Assembly: GCA_030704615.1 (NCBI GenBank)
Contig: CM060731.1
Location: 43,772,001 to 43,836,000, forward strand
Direction of reading: 5' to 3'
DNA length: 64,000 bases
Source of the DNA: Takakia lepidozioides
Taxonomy: Eukaryota; Plantae; Bryophyta
This document shows positions 25,923 through 37,965 of the stretch, piece after piece. A program made the position numbers and the translations under genes. The notes under the pieces were generated by a model that was not told the origin of the DNA, ran no database searches, and saw only the letters and a list, made by a program, of their open reading frames with translations. The stretch's first letter is position 1, and each line of letters begins with the position of its first letter.

Positions 25923-26937
25923 CTCTTCTTGGTACCGTAACGCCTGCACCGGCAGAGAAATTCTGAGTCACTAGAGAAAGTACCTTGAGAGCAGTTACGC
26001 AGCGGCTGGATCTATATCCGAGTCGTTCAAACTTGTGAAGAAGGGATCGGGGAGTTTCAGGCCGAGCGCTGGCCTACCATTTCCTCCCCATGATCTTGAC
26101 ATGTTGAGACTGGCATGCGACGACCCGACCGTCGGTGCTGGCCCCATGCGACGTCGACGTCCAATCGGCATCTGCACCGATCTAAATAGGGAAATGGTCG
26201 GACGGAATAGAATCGGTTGATAGCACTATGCTTTGCAGAGGAATATACCATTCGGGGCTTTGTTATCGAAGTATATTGGAAGGCCCTAGAGGGTTGTCAG
26301 TGATGCTTTGCTTTTGGTTTTATGATCAGACAAGGTTCAAAGGCTTGCTAACTTAGGAGGTTGTCTAGTTTAGGCTTCCTGTGATGATCACGGATATGGT
26401 ACCAGCTCTTTGCTCTTCACAAGGTTATTTGGTTTAATTATGACTTCACAAAAAGGCTTCCTAGAGCTTTTTCTTTTTAAATAAAAGAGTATTCAATGGA
26501 CCCAAGAGACAGGTGAATAGTTACAGGTACGTGCCAAATGTTCGTATCGTAGAGCAGCTGTCAAGGCAAAATCTTTAAGTTTGAGATAATTGAATTTGAG
26601 TAGCAAGTATCAAAGCTCCATCAGCAATCACTCATATTCTGATCTTGGATTCATGAGCACTAGTACTTAAAGATTTTCTTCCTTGGTGATCCAGGTTGGT
26701 GATCAACCATATCATATTAAAACATGAAAGCCAGTCATATAGCCACTGTACCATTATTTAGAAAACCTGAGAGGAGAAGAGTTTTTATTTACGCTAACTT
26801 CGGTAGGCCTCTCTTATTTACAGGTGATCGGATAGAACAAGAGTAAACGAAAATCCAAGTCTCCAAACCGTCACACGTGAGCTGGAAGTCCACTGATCTA
26901 TATGCGCCATATAAAGTATATAACGAGTGTCTGGCCT

Positions 26938-27795
26938 CTAGAAATGCTCAGAATTTTCAAATGGGGAAAATGGAGGGATATGGAACTTCATTCCTGATTT
27001 GCAATCGAACTCATTGTCAGCCACAAAGTAATAGTCAACACCGAAGTCTCTGACTCCATAATTGGTTGGGAACTTGCTTGCAGGTGTGGTCCAGTTGGGC
27101 CTATCGACTCTGCAATCCTTGTAGTCGGCCTCCGAGACTAGACTGATACCACTAGAATGGAATACAGGCCATCTGTATTCTTGGCTATGGATGAAAACTG
27201 CAATCAGCATGCACCATGATATTTAAGCGAAGGAGAGAAAATTACATACACATTGAAGAGTCTTTCCTCCATGAGCTTATAAGGATTGGAATTGCTAAAC
27301 TTACACGATTCATCAACTAGTCTGGTCCTTACAGGCCCACAATCATTTATAAACAGCTGGTAGTTGCAGATATAACTATATATGAAATGAACCTCATCTG
27401 GCTTTTAATCCTGTACAAGCATTATTGTCCTTATATTATACTAACTACGTTAAGCAAATGTCTTGAGAATTGCACCTATTACAGAGACCAGTCCTGAACA
27501 GTACTGCTTCAGAGATTGCAGAATGGAAAGAGCCAAAGAGGAGCAATTAGGTGCTTACAAAGATTGTCAAATCGCCTGATGTGATTAGCCCAAGCCCAAT
27601 ATTGATACCAATCCTCTGTTGGAGGGAGGTTCCAACCTCTCCCGCAACCGGCCCCTGGACCCCCCCAACTGTGAGATTTCGCAACCCAGCAACGTCTAGA
27701 TGTCCTCCTGTCCCAGCAGCATCTGCGACCTGCAGAAGCAGCATGACCACCACAGAGGCCATCAATGTCACCCCCCTCACCCCTGTCACCTCCAT
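26938..27795 (-). pseudogene. Single-domain phytocyanin/ENODL paralog with a frameshift in a G7 run (pseudogene or assembly error); exons 27795-27559 and 27197-26938
   Basis: Signal peptide and RNLTVGG, then RGWNLPPTEDWYQYWAWANHIRRFDNL in another frame. Exon 2 is YKDC...YYFVADNEFDCKSGMKF, ending EHF like the neighbouring gene. Confidence 0.82.
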
Positions 27796-30400
27796 GCTAG
27801 CGCTTTTCCGAACTACACCTCACACCTACAGAAGAACCACAAACTAGATTTCAACCGGTCCCGTGTGTAAGCAAAGATAGAACGACCCAGAGCATGAAGA
27901 TGGGATGCAGTAATCCTGAATATATATATGCACTTCATTAGCCCAAGGAAGTCTAGATCTATCCATAAACAAACCTGCCGAAGATATCAAGTAAGAATAT
28001 CCAAGGAATATTATCTGGCCGTCGGTGTCTCCATGATGTAAGATCATGTGAAGATTCTCTTTTGGGCCACTGGCAGTGCACTCTAGAGAAAGCATCCTAT
28101 TGGGGCCCGCTTTGCTATCACAATGACAGGCCTCCAAGTATTTGTTTTCTCACAAAGAGAGAGAGAAGACAGAGACCTGAGCCCCTTGGGCCCCTTATAC
28201 TGGTGACGCCCCCGGCCAAGGCCCTTACCAAGCGTAAGGAAATGCCAATTATTTTTTTGTCTAGAGCAACAGCCACGATCTATTCAGATCGACGTTTCCT
28301 GTTGGCCACGGCTTATCTGAGGGCTGCCATCAAATTAAACTAGGCGCTAATTTCTTTATTTCTAGATCTTTCCAGACCCTAGGTATATCGACGGTCCGCT
28401 ATTATTTGATCCCACCACCAGGATTGCTCTTAGTTCTAACGGTTGAGATCAATCACGATCAACGGCTCGAAAGCTTTAGTTCGCCCCTTATGAACTGCAC
28501 CAGATCCTAACTACGCTCATTAGTTGCGTAGTTGCGTAGTTGTCTTTTCCTACTAGCTTATCGGTTGCTTCTTCGTTTTGTCGCTAGTTTCTGCGTGTTT
28601 TAGCGCTTGTTTTCTGGTAGTATCTGCTTCTCCCCTCCGGATTTTGTTGTTGTAGATACCTGCGCTTCCATAGGAGCATAGGAGCATGGCATTTGTGGCC
28701 ACACCATGGGTGCACAGCTGAGTGAGATCTGACTTCCATACACCTGTGGATGTCTTGTGCGAGTCTTGTGTTGGACCACTCAGCTGGTCATGCTCCAATA
28801 TGGGTTCCTAATTCACAGTGTCATACATCATTGAAAGCGATGTTTTTGAACCCTTCAGGCTTTGGGGTTTAAGGTTCAGTACTCAACCAAGTTCATGTCC
28901 TGTTATTTGGGGGAAGATAGGTATGGTGGTGCATACACTTACGCCCGCTGAGAAGTGAAACTGCGTGCTTTTTGTTCGCACTGTTGCTATCAGTTTTGGC
29001 TTGACTGGAGCATGTTGAATTATTGAGCTAAGGTTCTGCCGAAAATTTGTTGTTCGACGTATGGTATACATGATCAAGAAATCTGCATCTGTTGTTTTTC
29101 ATGGAAATTTGTATACCTAAGCGAGTATACAGGTTGTGGGGATGGCTTGGGGGGTGATTTGAGTCCGGTTGTTCTTGAGGGTGAGCGACGAAGTTCCTTG
29201 GGTATGTTGATCTGGCCAACAATCCCAAATTGTTAGTGTGATGTCATGGAAACTCTTCAAATGCGGGTTTCTTTTCATCTCTAAGATAAATGACTTGCAG
29301 AACAGTTGGCAGACGCTTGGGGAGAGTTTGGTCCTTTCAAACAGGTCAATGGTACTTATGACTTTTCGTATTCCAGCATTGTGTGCCCGTATAAATCAAG
29401 ATTGCCAAAAGATTTAGGACCATGATATTGAAGCAAAATGGTTTAGTTATTGCATGGGTTTTGCAGGAAAGGCTTTTATAAAGGAAGTCACTTCATTGGG
29501 TTGTACTATTGGAAAAGAAACAAGAGAAACTGCTGTCAGGAAGGAGCTGGTACTCTACTTCACCAAATTGAGATGTATTAAGTACTAATAGGAACGACAC
29601 AGCCCACATTTTTCCAATTCTTCTGAGCAGTCATGGCAGCGACGTCCACCTATGTTCCTCCCAAGGTTAGGTGTCCTTTGGACAGGCCTATGGCAACGAT
29701 GAGTACGGAGGAAGAGGCTCCTGGTTATGCTTACAGACTTGGAGAATCTAGAAGATTTCCCGGTGTACTTAATGCTCTCAAACATGTTTTACAGAAGAGT
29801 TCTGAAGAGGACCAAGAGATGGCTCGGAAAAGACCACTGCATCTTCCACCTGCAAGCTCTTGATTTAGAAATTTAAGATGGGTTTACAAATTTGAGCTCG
29901 AATCTGCCTATTTTCATGTATATTTTAATCTGTATTTTGAATGTTAAATTTTTATACTAGTAGATGATTGAAAGAAAATAGGAATAATGTAAGAACTTAA
30001 TGGATAGTGCGATCTGATGGTACTTTCTTTCGCCGGATTCCGGCAGCCTGGGCTCCTCCGGCTGCGCCTTGTCAAGCCCCTCTTATTATTACCTTTAGCT
30101 ATCAAATTCTAGCGACGACCGAAGGAATAGGGTGCCGTATCTCCACGTCATCATCTCCACGTCGTCATAGCCACGTCATCGTAGCCACATCATCGTTGTC
30201 ATCAATTTCTTTGGAACCTGCCCAAATGCCCGAAATTAACCGGGGGAGGTGTCTTGCAGCGAGGGGAAGGGTGACGATGTCCCTGCGTGTTTGAGCGCGG
30301 AGGTTTGTGATTTCATAAGGAGATCCTACGTGGTGGGTGCTACAAAACCTTTTTTCGTTTCCAAATGGAAACTGCTGCAGTATGAGGATTCCAAGCCCAT

Positions 30401-31100
30401 CACTACAGGAAAAGGGAGGACTTTGCGACGCCCGAGCCACGCCGCAGCGTCGGGAAAACGTCCTTTTCAGGCACGCGGCAGGCGCAGAATTTGCGACGCC
30501 CGGCAGTCGCGTGGGCGTCGCCAAAATGACGTCGCAAAAATGCGACGTATGGGGGTCGCGAGCCCCCGCCCCAACTCCCACGACTGCCGGACATCGCTTT
30601 TCAGGCCGTCCGCACCGATGGCAGGGGCCTCCGGCGAGCGACGTCTCGCCGTCGCGGCCCTCCAGCCGACGGAGTTGGTGGGGGCGTCGGCGCGGCGTCG
30701 CATCCCTTTTTTTTTCTAACCTGCCCGGGAGTCCCATCCTAAAACCCAAAAACACGTGGCATAAGCCGGGTGGTACGCCAAACGACTATTGGGTGTGGCA
30801 AAAAAAAACAGCGGGAGCAGGAGTCGGGCTCCGCCACGCCCGGGCATGGGTTTTCGCGAAGCTCTGGCGTCGCTTTGTTTTATATTTAATCAAAAAAAAA
30901 AAACGTGGCACAGGCAGGTGGCGGACTCCGCGACGCCAGGGCGTCGCGGCTTGCGACCCCCGGACCAAAAAAACACGTCGCAGGGGGTGTCGGACGTTGC
31001 CGCCCGCAAATGGGTTTTGCGACGCCCGACCGTCGCGGCTTGCGACCCCCTCTCAAAAAGCACATCACCATTGGCGACGTCCTGCAGTCGCGAGGGCAGT
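30401..31100 (+). mobile_element. CACTA (En/Spm) terminus: TIR and subterminal repeat array
   Basis: CACTACAGGAAAA at 30401, followed by many direct and inverted GCGACG/CGTCGC repeats. Confidence 0.88.
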
Positions 31101-31686
31101 CTGGTGGGAGGGGTTGGGGGTTGATTTTGGGGGTGAATTGGGGGTGGTTTTTTGTTTTTGCCTGGTTTTGTTTTTGGGGATATGAGACCTTACAGTTCCA
31201 TTTCTCTGATTTAGCAAGTACACAATTGAGCAAGCATGAATCGAGGGTGAGGACGGTGCGACACATGAATAAGATGGAAGATGGAAATATGGAAATATAT
31301 TTACAGGAAATGAGCTGAAAAACTCATAAGGGTTCAGTAGGCTGACCCTGGGACCTACATGGACTAGGACTAGTCATCCTCATTGGGTATCCTTGGACGT
31401 TCACACCTCAGGCCACAGTAAGGTTTTGGGATTTCATCCTTTTTTTCCATATCATGCACTATCTATGGCTGGATGCCATCTCTCCGATGATTCGTCGACC
31501 ATTTTGTTTTTGGCCATAATCCCTCAAGCGCCAGCTGAACATGCTCGAGAGTTTCTGGCATTGGCTTATCCAGTTTGGCGAGAATGTTTCCCCAGTATTG
31601 GTTGTATTGTTCCATTAGACCTCTGTAATGATCATCAAGCAAAATTCATTTCGTCCAAAAATCCGTGTATTTTTTAATTCTATTTT

Positions 31687-32660
31687 CTATGAATGACTGT
31701 TTGTCGGAGGAGTCGTCTCCGACTCCCCAGATTGGTCTTGTGGAACGACGTCTGGGTCTCCTTCAAGGAACTTGGGTGTCCCGTCAGGATTTGACTTCCA
31801 CATCTTCACGCTGGTGTTGTTTGGAAACCAATCTGAATCAGTAGCTGACTTCTTGTACTTCATGACAGGCCAACCCTCTGCATCCTTAAAAAAACGAAAC
31901 ACTTGCATATCTGAAATCCCGACCAATGCCTCCTTTCCATCCAGAATACAGCCCTTTATGAACTTCTTGAAGTCGGGAACCTCCTGAATAATCTGTGGAA
32001 TGAACTGCAGATCTTGCGAGATCATGAATGACCTCATGAAATCCGAAAGAATGTCGAAAGGTAGCTAAAGAAACCGTCGATATCTTCATGGGTGTGGCCG
32101 ACCATGAGAAACCCTAGCTGGATCTCTTCAAAAACATCTTTGGCAGTGAGGAGGGATAAAAAAGCAAGCATCCATCTGCTTATTGTCCTTCGCGGAGTTG
32201 TCCATTTGTAAGTAGAATCTTCTTAGAAGTGGACGAGTACCCCGTTTGTCTTCCGGCCTACAGGGTTTCAGAGCATCCAAACATCTCGATTTACTTCTTA
32301 AGAGCGATTCGAAAAACTCATTTTGAAGTTCATAATCGAAAATGTTCCTAGACTTGCGACAGGTTGGCTTTTCCAGCTGGCGTAGGCAACGAGCCAAAGA
32401 CCCAATTGTAAAGTTTGAATTTCCCTTCCAGAACTCAAGAGAGAACTGACCGTAAGCTCCATCACCGTGTCCGTGCGTGACCATTCTCGTTAGTGAGACA
32501 AGCAGCTGACCCAATCCCGATATCATCTAGTTTGGAGTCTGTAGCATTGGAATAGTTTTTTTCCTATGATCTATTTTGTCGTGAATAATATAGAGAAACT
32601 CCTCTGGAATCATAACATATTCATTCCTCCAGCTATGGTATAATCTGCTGCTCAACTCTG
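31687..32660 (-). pseudogene. Second Sola1/DUF7869-like transposase fragment (catalytic region)
   Basis: MVTHGHGDGAYGQFSLEFWKGNSNFTIGSL, YLQMDNSAKDNK and FEEIQLGFLMVGHTHEDIDGFFSYL. Contains frameshifts and stops. Colinear with 40-300. Confidence 0.8.
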
Positions 32661-32666
32661 AGGGCA

Positions 32667-33310
32667 GCTAGATCATGAGCCTAGTCCCATTAGCCCGGTA
32701 GCTGGGCTCACGTTTAGCGCAATAAGCGTGAGCCTAGGCTCACGCTTGGTAAGCATGAGCCCAGGGTCTAGGGTGTATTGGAAACAGCACCTATTCCCGA
32801 GGACCTGAGAACGGGGGCATATTCCGTTGGAATAGCCAACACTACTTTCAACTGCACAACACAATAAGAGAATCCAAGAGCACTTTTGGGAAACGAACGA
32901 CAGCACAATCCATGCCTATGCAATGATAGAATATCACCATGTATTACATGAGTTGCATAGGACCGGCACATGAGTGAGTGATTGAATGAAGACATGTACT
33001 TAAGCACCACTATGTTATTGCTTAATTGTTACTCAATTTCCACAGATAGTATGAAATGCAGACAAGCAGTACACCTACTACTTAACCGGTCTCGGACCTG
33101 TCATGTTGCAGAAGAGTATGGACTTCATCAGGTGATAGCGTGGCCTGGTGGATGTACTGGTCTCTTTTGGGGTCACAACATATCATGCGCACAAAAATGT
33201 AGTATAAGCGCTTGCAAAGAACCCACTTCTTCTTCTTTCTTAGGCTGCCCTCACGCATGCAAATGAAATCCGGGCAAATGCAGTCCGGACAAGTGCCAAT
33301 TGTACTCATG
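32667..33310 (-). mobile_element. Right end of a related MULE element (terminus plus SWIM-coding fragment), inverted
   Basis: GCTAGATCATGAGCC terminus with GTGAGCC repeats. TIGTCPDCICPDF..REG...KWVLCKRLYYI...HQATL aligns with the C-terminus of 11549-12961. Confidence 0.85.
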
Positions 33311-33372
33311 ACCAAATCCAGGGGGGGGGGGACTTCCATGATAGAAAATTCAAGCTTGCAGTCCGAAATGGG

Positions 33373-34322
33373 TTGGACGACTTCCTGAAATGGGTCCTTA
33401 AGCATTTTAAGGTCTACTTTTGGAACACTGGACCGTTAGAAAATGTCCTGGATATAGGGCTGGCTTTGTTTGGGAGAAGGTTTTACAAGGTCCGGGAATT
33501 CAGCAATGAGAACTGCGTGAAGCATAGACAGACATTCAGTGCCGAATGGCCCAAATATCCAAAAGCGCCAATATATCTTAAACGTCTCTACGACCTTTTC
33601 ACTGTAGACGACCCTGTAGCGTACAAATCAAACACACTTCTTATCGACACAGTAGAAAACATGTATAAGTCGTACTTGAACCCAAAGTCGATCGGTATCT
33701 TCCTTCCAAAATATAAAGCGCTCGTCGACCCATACAATGACAAGTTTCTTCTGGATGAACTCAAACCGCACCTGGAAGAGTTGCGGTTATCCGGAAAAGA
33801 CGCTGATATATTCAACGTGGAAAAACCCATAGGATGTCCACCGATAATGACCCAAAGGTCAAATGCCTCTTGCTATAGGATTTGCAGTGGCAGGTTTATC
33901 TTAGAAAACAAAAATTTCCTGACGCTTCCTTGGAATAGATTGAAATGTAGATGGCTGCTCTAGATTTTCCTGAACCTCGACTGTCCAGTGGATGTTGCTC
34001 CAAATGTCAATCCTGACCTTGGTTTATCTTGATTACCACCTGAGTGGATGTATGAATTTCTCACAGATTGCAGCACCAGTTTCTCCAGTTTGGAAAGGAT
34101 TGTGCTTGATAATATTTGACCTAAATGGAGTTTTGTGCAAAGTCTTGAAGCACCAGAAGAGCTACAGTGTCCCCCGAATGTCAGAGACAGACTACATGAT
34201 ACCAGCTCTTGTTGGATTTCGACTTGTCTATAGGCGGGAAAAATATTGTGAGATGTGGACAGAGTTGAACAAACATTTCCGTCTAGGTATATGGAGCTGT
34301 ATGATGTACAAGAACTTGGAGG
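33373..34322 (+). pseudogene. FCP1/NIF (HAD, CTD-phosphatase-like) domain fragments in tandem
   Basis: DFLKWVLKHFKVYFW...YLKRL...NTLLID...KSYLNP..IFLP, then the start of a second domain LIIFDLNGVL...HFRLGIWSCM. A palindrome copy lies between them at 33973-33996. Both ends are truncated. Confidence 0.72.
33973..33996. repeat. Tenth copy of the 24-bp palindrome
   Basis: AACCTCGACTGTCCAGTGGATGTT, 2 mismatches to the consensus. Confidence 0.85.
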
Positions 34323-34325
34323 TTT

Positions 34326-36495
34326 ACTATTTCATGAGCGCATGAGCCCATGAGCCTATGAGCTCATGAGCGGGCATCCGCGGAATTGGAATTTTCCTGC
34401 CTTTATTGACGGTGTTATGTCCTCTTACCTCGGTAATAGGGTCTGTTTCTCCTGGTCCAGGATGCGGAATGAGGTATTTCGGCGCCGTTATTCCCAAGAG
34501 CAGTGTGCTAAAATGGTGTTTTGAAGACATCCACCGGGGTATTTCGGCACCGAAATTACCTCTTAAAATGTGATATAGTGCGGTATTTAATGGCGCAGAA
34601 CGGGCTATTTCGGCGCTGAAATACCCAAGTGGAATGTGCTGAAGTGCCTTGTGCTGAAGGCTTCCATCGTGATATTTTGGTGCAGTAATTCATCCGTGGA
34701 ATTTTTGAGGCCCATATAACGAAGGCGCGCACTGGGCTATTTCGGCGCCAAATTTTCCAATAGGAATGTTAGAAACGGCAGGGTTTTCATGGCTTCAAGT
34801 TCCCGGCTCGATGGTGTGCATAAATTACTTGTAGGGTTCTTCACTGAAGTTTGTGTCTCTTCTGCTTTTATTATACATTTTGGTTTGCGGAAGAAATGTA
34901 GGGAATCGGACAAGCAGTCTGAACACAATGATTTTTCAAATCGTCAATATAAGTGTTTCAGAACTGTACAACAAAAGGATCCAAATGAGACTTTGCTATG
35001 GCGAGGATCCGCTATCACTGTCCGATGCATCCCCGGCCTCATGCAAGGATGGCAGCCTTCCACCTGCCTCCGAACCTGCACTGCCGCTACCGCTGTTACT
35101 CTGAGAAGCCTTCCCCTCAAAAATACCATCCTCACCAGCCGGAAGTGTCCACCTGGGTGCGGAAGTGTCCTCAACATTCCCCTCGCTCTCGGACGCGGAT
35201 TCTATTACGAACTTCCCTACTCTGCCTTTCACAATTCTATGTTGGCCTCACGCCTCATTATAATTCTCTGCTCATTCCCGTATGTCAATTGCTCTAACCG
35301 AGTAGGCCTATCCTCCCTCCTGATGGCTTCTCTGGCAGCCGTGTCTGCATAGGCTGGTAGAAAAAAGGACTTCTGGGGACTCGCGAGAAACGATTTTCTG
35401 GCAAAGAATGGCCGATGCGATTCTGTCTCCTCTGCAACAGGGTCCGATTCGGGCAAGTCTCCCAGCTTCTCCTCGTCGGACGACTCTGCAAGGCTGAGTG
35501 TACGCACAAACATAGAATGAAGTACATTAGAGAATTCAAACAGGGAATCATCGGCAGGTTGCATGGTCCCTACAACCGAAACCAATACACTTACTATGGT
35601 GCAACTCACTCGAAGACAGGCATTGGGGGAAGCGGCTTTGGGCGCCCTTGCATCAAATGAATTTCCTGGACTTCCTCCTCTTCATCTTCCTCCTCCCCTT
35701 CCACGTCCTCTTCTGCGTTTTTGGGATCCTCAGTCGGAGGCAGACGCTGAAGGCCCGCCAAATTGTAATCGTACAAGGCCGTATCCCCCTCAAATGAGAA
35801 CACAAATCGGTTCGACATCCTTCCCGCCCACATACAGGCACCTGCGAATTCATACGACACAACCACAGCCAAACTCAAGAATGAGTCGCTTCCTCGCACA
35901 AGCAAACATACACAAACGGAAATGGTGTCAATTTCGGTGCCGCATTCAATTAACGTTCTCACCTGTATTTGCAGTGACGTCGAGGACCCTGCCTTCAACA
36001 TCCGTACACGTTTCCATGAGCGTCTGGATGAATGCAGGACTCCTGGTCCTGCCATACCTCCATGGCTTGCCCGACAAATCACAAAGAATGTCCTTCCCTC
36101 CCACATGGTTGAACAGGACGTTATACTCCAGTGGATCAACTGTGGAATCAACAAGTCTTCCTGCTTCACGTAATTTGAATTTCGAATGTTCCTTCACGAA
36201 GCAAAATGCCTGAAAGATAAGAGTCTGCAGAGAAGGAAATGAAAACGTCAGAGGTGGCCTACACGTACAGGGGCAATTTTGGCGCAGAAATTGACATAGC
36301 AGAGGAGAACCACAGCATACCTTCTGGCCATCGTTGAGAAGACCCTGCGTGTTGATGCAAGTCCAGATCTTTTTCAGGATGGGTGCTGCACTTCTCCCCG
36401 TCCATACTTTGATATCATTCTCAGTGACTTCTCCATCGGATGCTAGCACAACAACACAGCCAACGTCGTCCAACATGTTGGCTGCGAACCCGAAT
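34326..36495 (+). mobile_element. Left end of a related MULE element, truncated
   Basis: ACTATTTCATGAGCG terminus with CATGAGC repeats and four TATTTCGGC(G/A)C repeats (34475-34750). Followed by the minus-strand MTase-like gene, as in the 6209 copy. Confidence 0.75.
34996..36493 (-). pseudogene. Second, diverged copy of the amino-methyltransferase-like gene (5'-truncated)
   Basis: FGFAANMLDDVGCVVVL...KIWTCIN, intron, ...PWRYGRTRSPAFIQTLMETCTDVEGRVLDVTANTG, intron, ACMWAGRMSNRFVFSFEGD. Intron positions match copy 1. The tail SPQKSFFLPAYAD matches SPPRSCVLPVYAE. Confidence 0.72.
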
Positions 36496-36569
36496 CAAGA
36501 AGCAAATGGGGGAGAGGACAATTTGCTGGGACCCTTCAACATAGCCCTGCGCGTGGCACATTTGCGCCC

Positions 36570-37965
36570 ATGGAAGGGGGACATGCTCAAAATCCAACAG
36601 GCTGTTCTTGCCCAGTCCGTCCACGCCCTCACCCCCATGAAAGGTATAGTGATGTATGTGGTTGTAGCAGTCAATTAGGTTGGAACAACAGAGGGGGGGA
36701 ACCATTGCATGTTGGCCATGTTTTCCATTCTCCCCGTAGAGGAGCACGCGCATCACAAATGGGAGGCAGGCCCCGTCCCCGACCTCCAGGTCCCCTGTAT
36801 AACTCATACCAGGAACCAGTGCATCTTGATGAGGATGAGTATGGGGAGGCAGATGTGTATGGACATGAAATAGGGGAAGAAGAGAATTGGGGCATGCCAG
36901 ACATGCAGTGGCCTAATAATGATATTGCTGGCGAGGGGGAGGGTTACATGGAGGAAGAACCTGTTATGCATCCACAGGACATCCGTAATGCAGAGCGGAG
37001 GGCAAGGCAAGCTGCGCAGGTTGCTATGAATGCAAGTTCTGCTTGGAGAGGGGACCAACAAATTCGACCCCCTCTAATGATAAAGCTGACTGAATTAGGG
37101 GCACCAACTGGAGCCACACGAACTCGCTGGCAGAATGCCCTTAAAAGGAAAATCCTTCGCATGCTAGATGTTTCCTCACACCTTAGAAAACAACGCGCGT
37201 CTGACTTGGATCTCGTATTCAAGACAATGAAGAGCATGTTTACTTACACTCCTGTTCAGCTAGATGTTGTGGTTGTGAGGAAGACAATAGGGGTCATGTT
37301 AAAAACTATTCGCACGGACTTGCGGGGTCATTTTCTCAAGGGGAAAGGCAAACCAGCAACTGTGAGTTCTGCACAGTGGGACCGCCTAGTGGCTTATTGG
37401 CAAACAGAGAAGTTTCTGAAATCTTCTGAGAATGGGGCTGCTGCTAACAAGGCTGCAAAGAAACAAAGCAAGACAGGACCCGGTGGAAAGAATGGGGTTG
37501 AAGTTCGTCTGGTAAGGACCTCACTTGCAAAACCTGAAGCGCTATTGATGATGTGGACCCCTTTTTGATGTAGTGCCTATATGGGAAATGTGGAAATGCA
37601 TGCAATTTTTGTGCACATGTGTAATCTAATACTTGAATATTATGGCGCATGCAGGCTATGTCAACTGGCAAGACCCCTTCTTTCCAAGAGATCCAAGAGG
37701 GATCAGTGAGCAAAGTGGGTGATCAGCCCACTGGCAATATTTTTTCCATGTTGCAAGCGCACACAAATTAATTGGCCTTGTAGGACATTTGACGGTTTGT
37801 TTGGCAGGACAAGACAAGCACCATCCGCGAATTGGCAGAAAAAGTGTCATTGTTGGAGGGAGGTATGGCGGACATGAGGAAATTCATGTCTAAAGCCAAG
37901 GAGTTCAACAGGCTTTTGGCTATGAAGTTTGGCCTGAATGCCACATTAAACATTACGCAGTAAGT
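36570..37965 (+). pseudogene. CACTA accessory ORF (TnpA / Ptta-En/Spm-like)
   Basis: KPATVSSAQWDRLVAYWQTEKFLKSSENG motif typical of the Transposase_24-like region. Adjacent to Tnp2. Confidence 0.6.

Noticed and set aside
30165-31318. Several overlapping Arg/Pro-rich ORFs of up to 282 aa
   Set aside because: By-product of GC-rich CACTA subterminal repeats.
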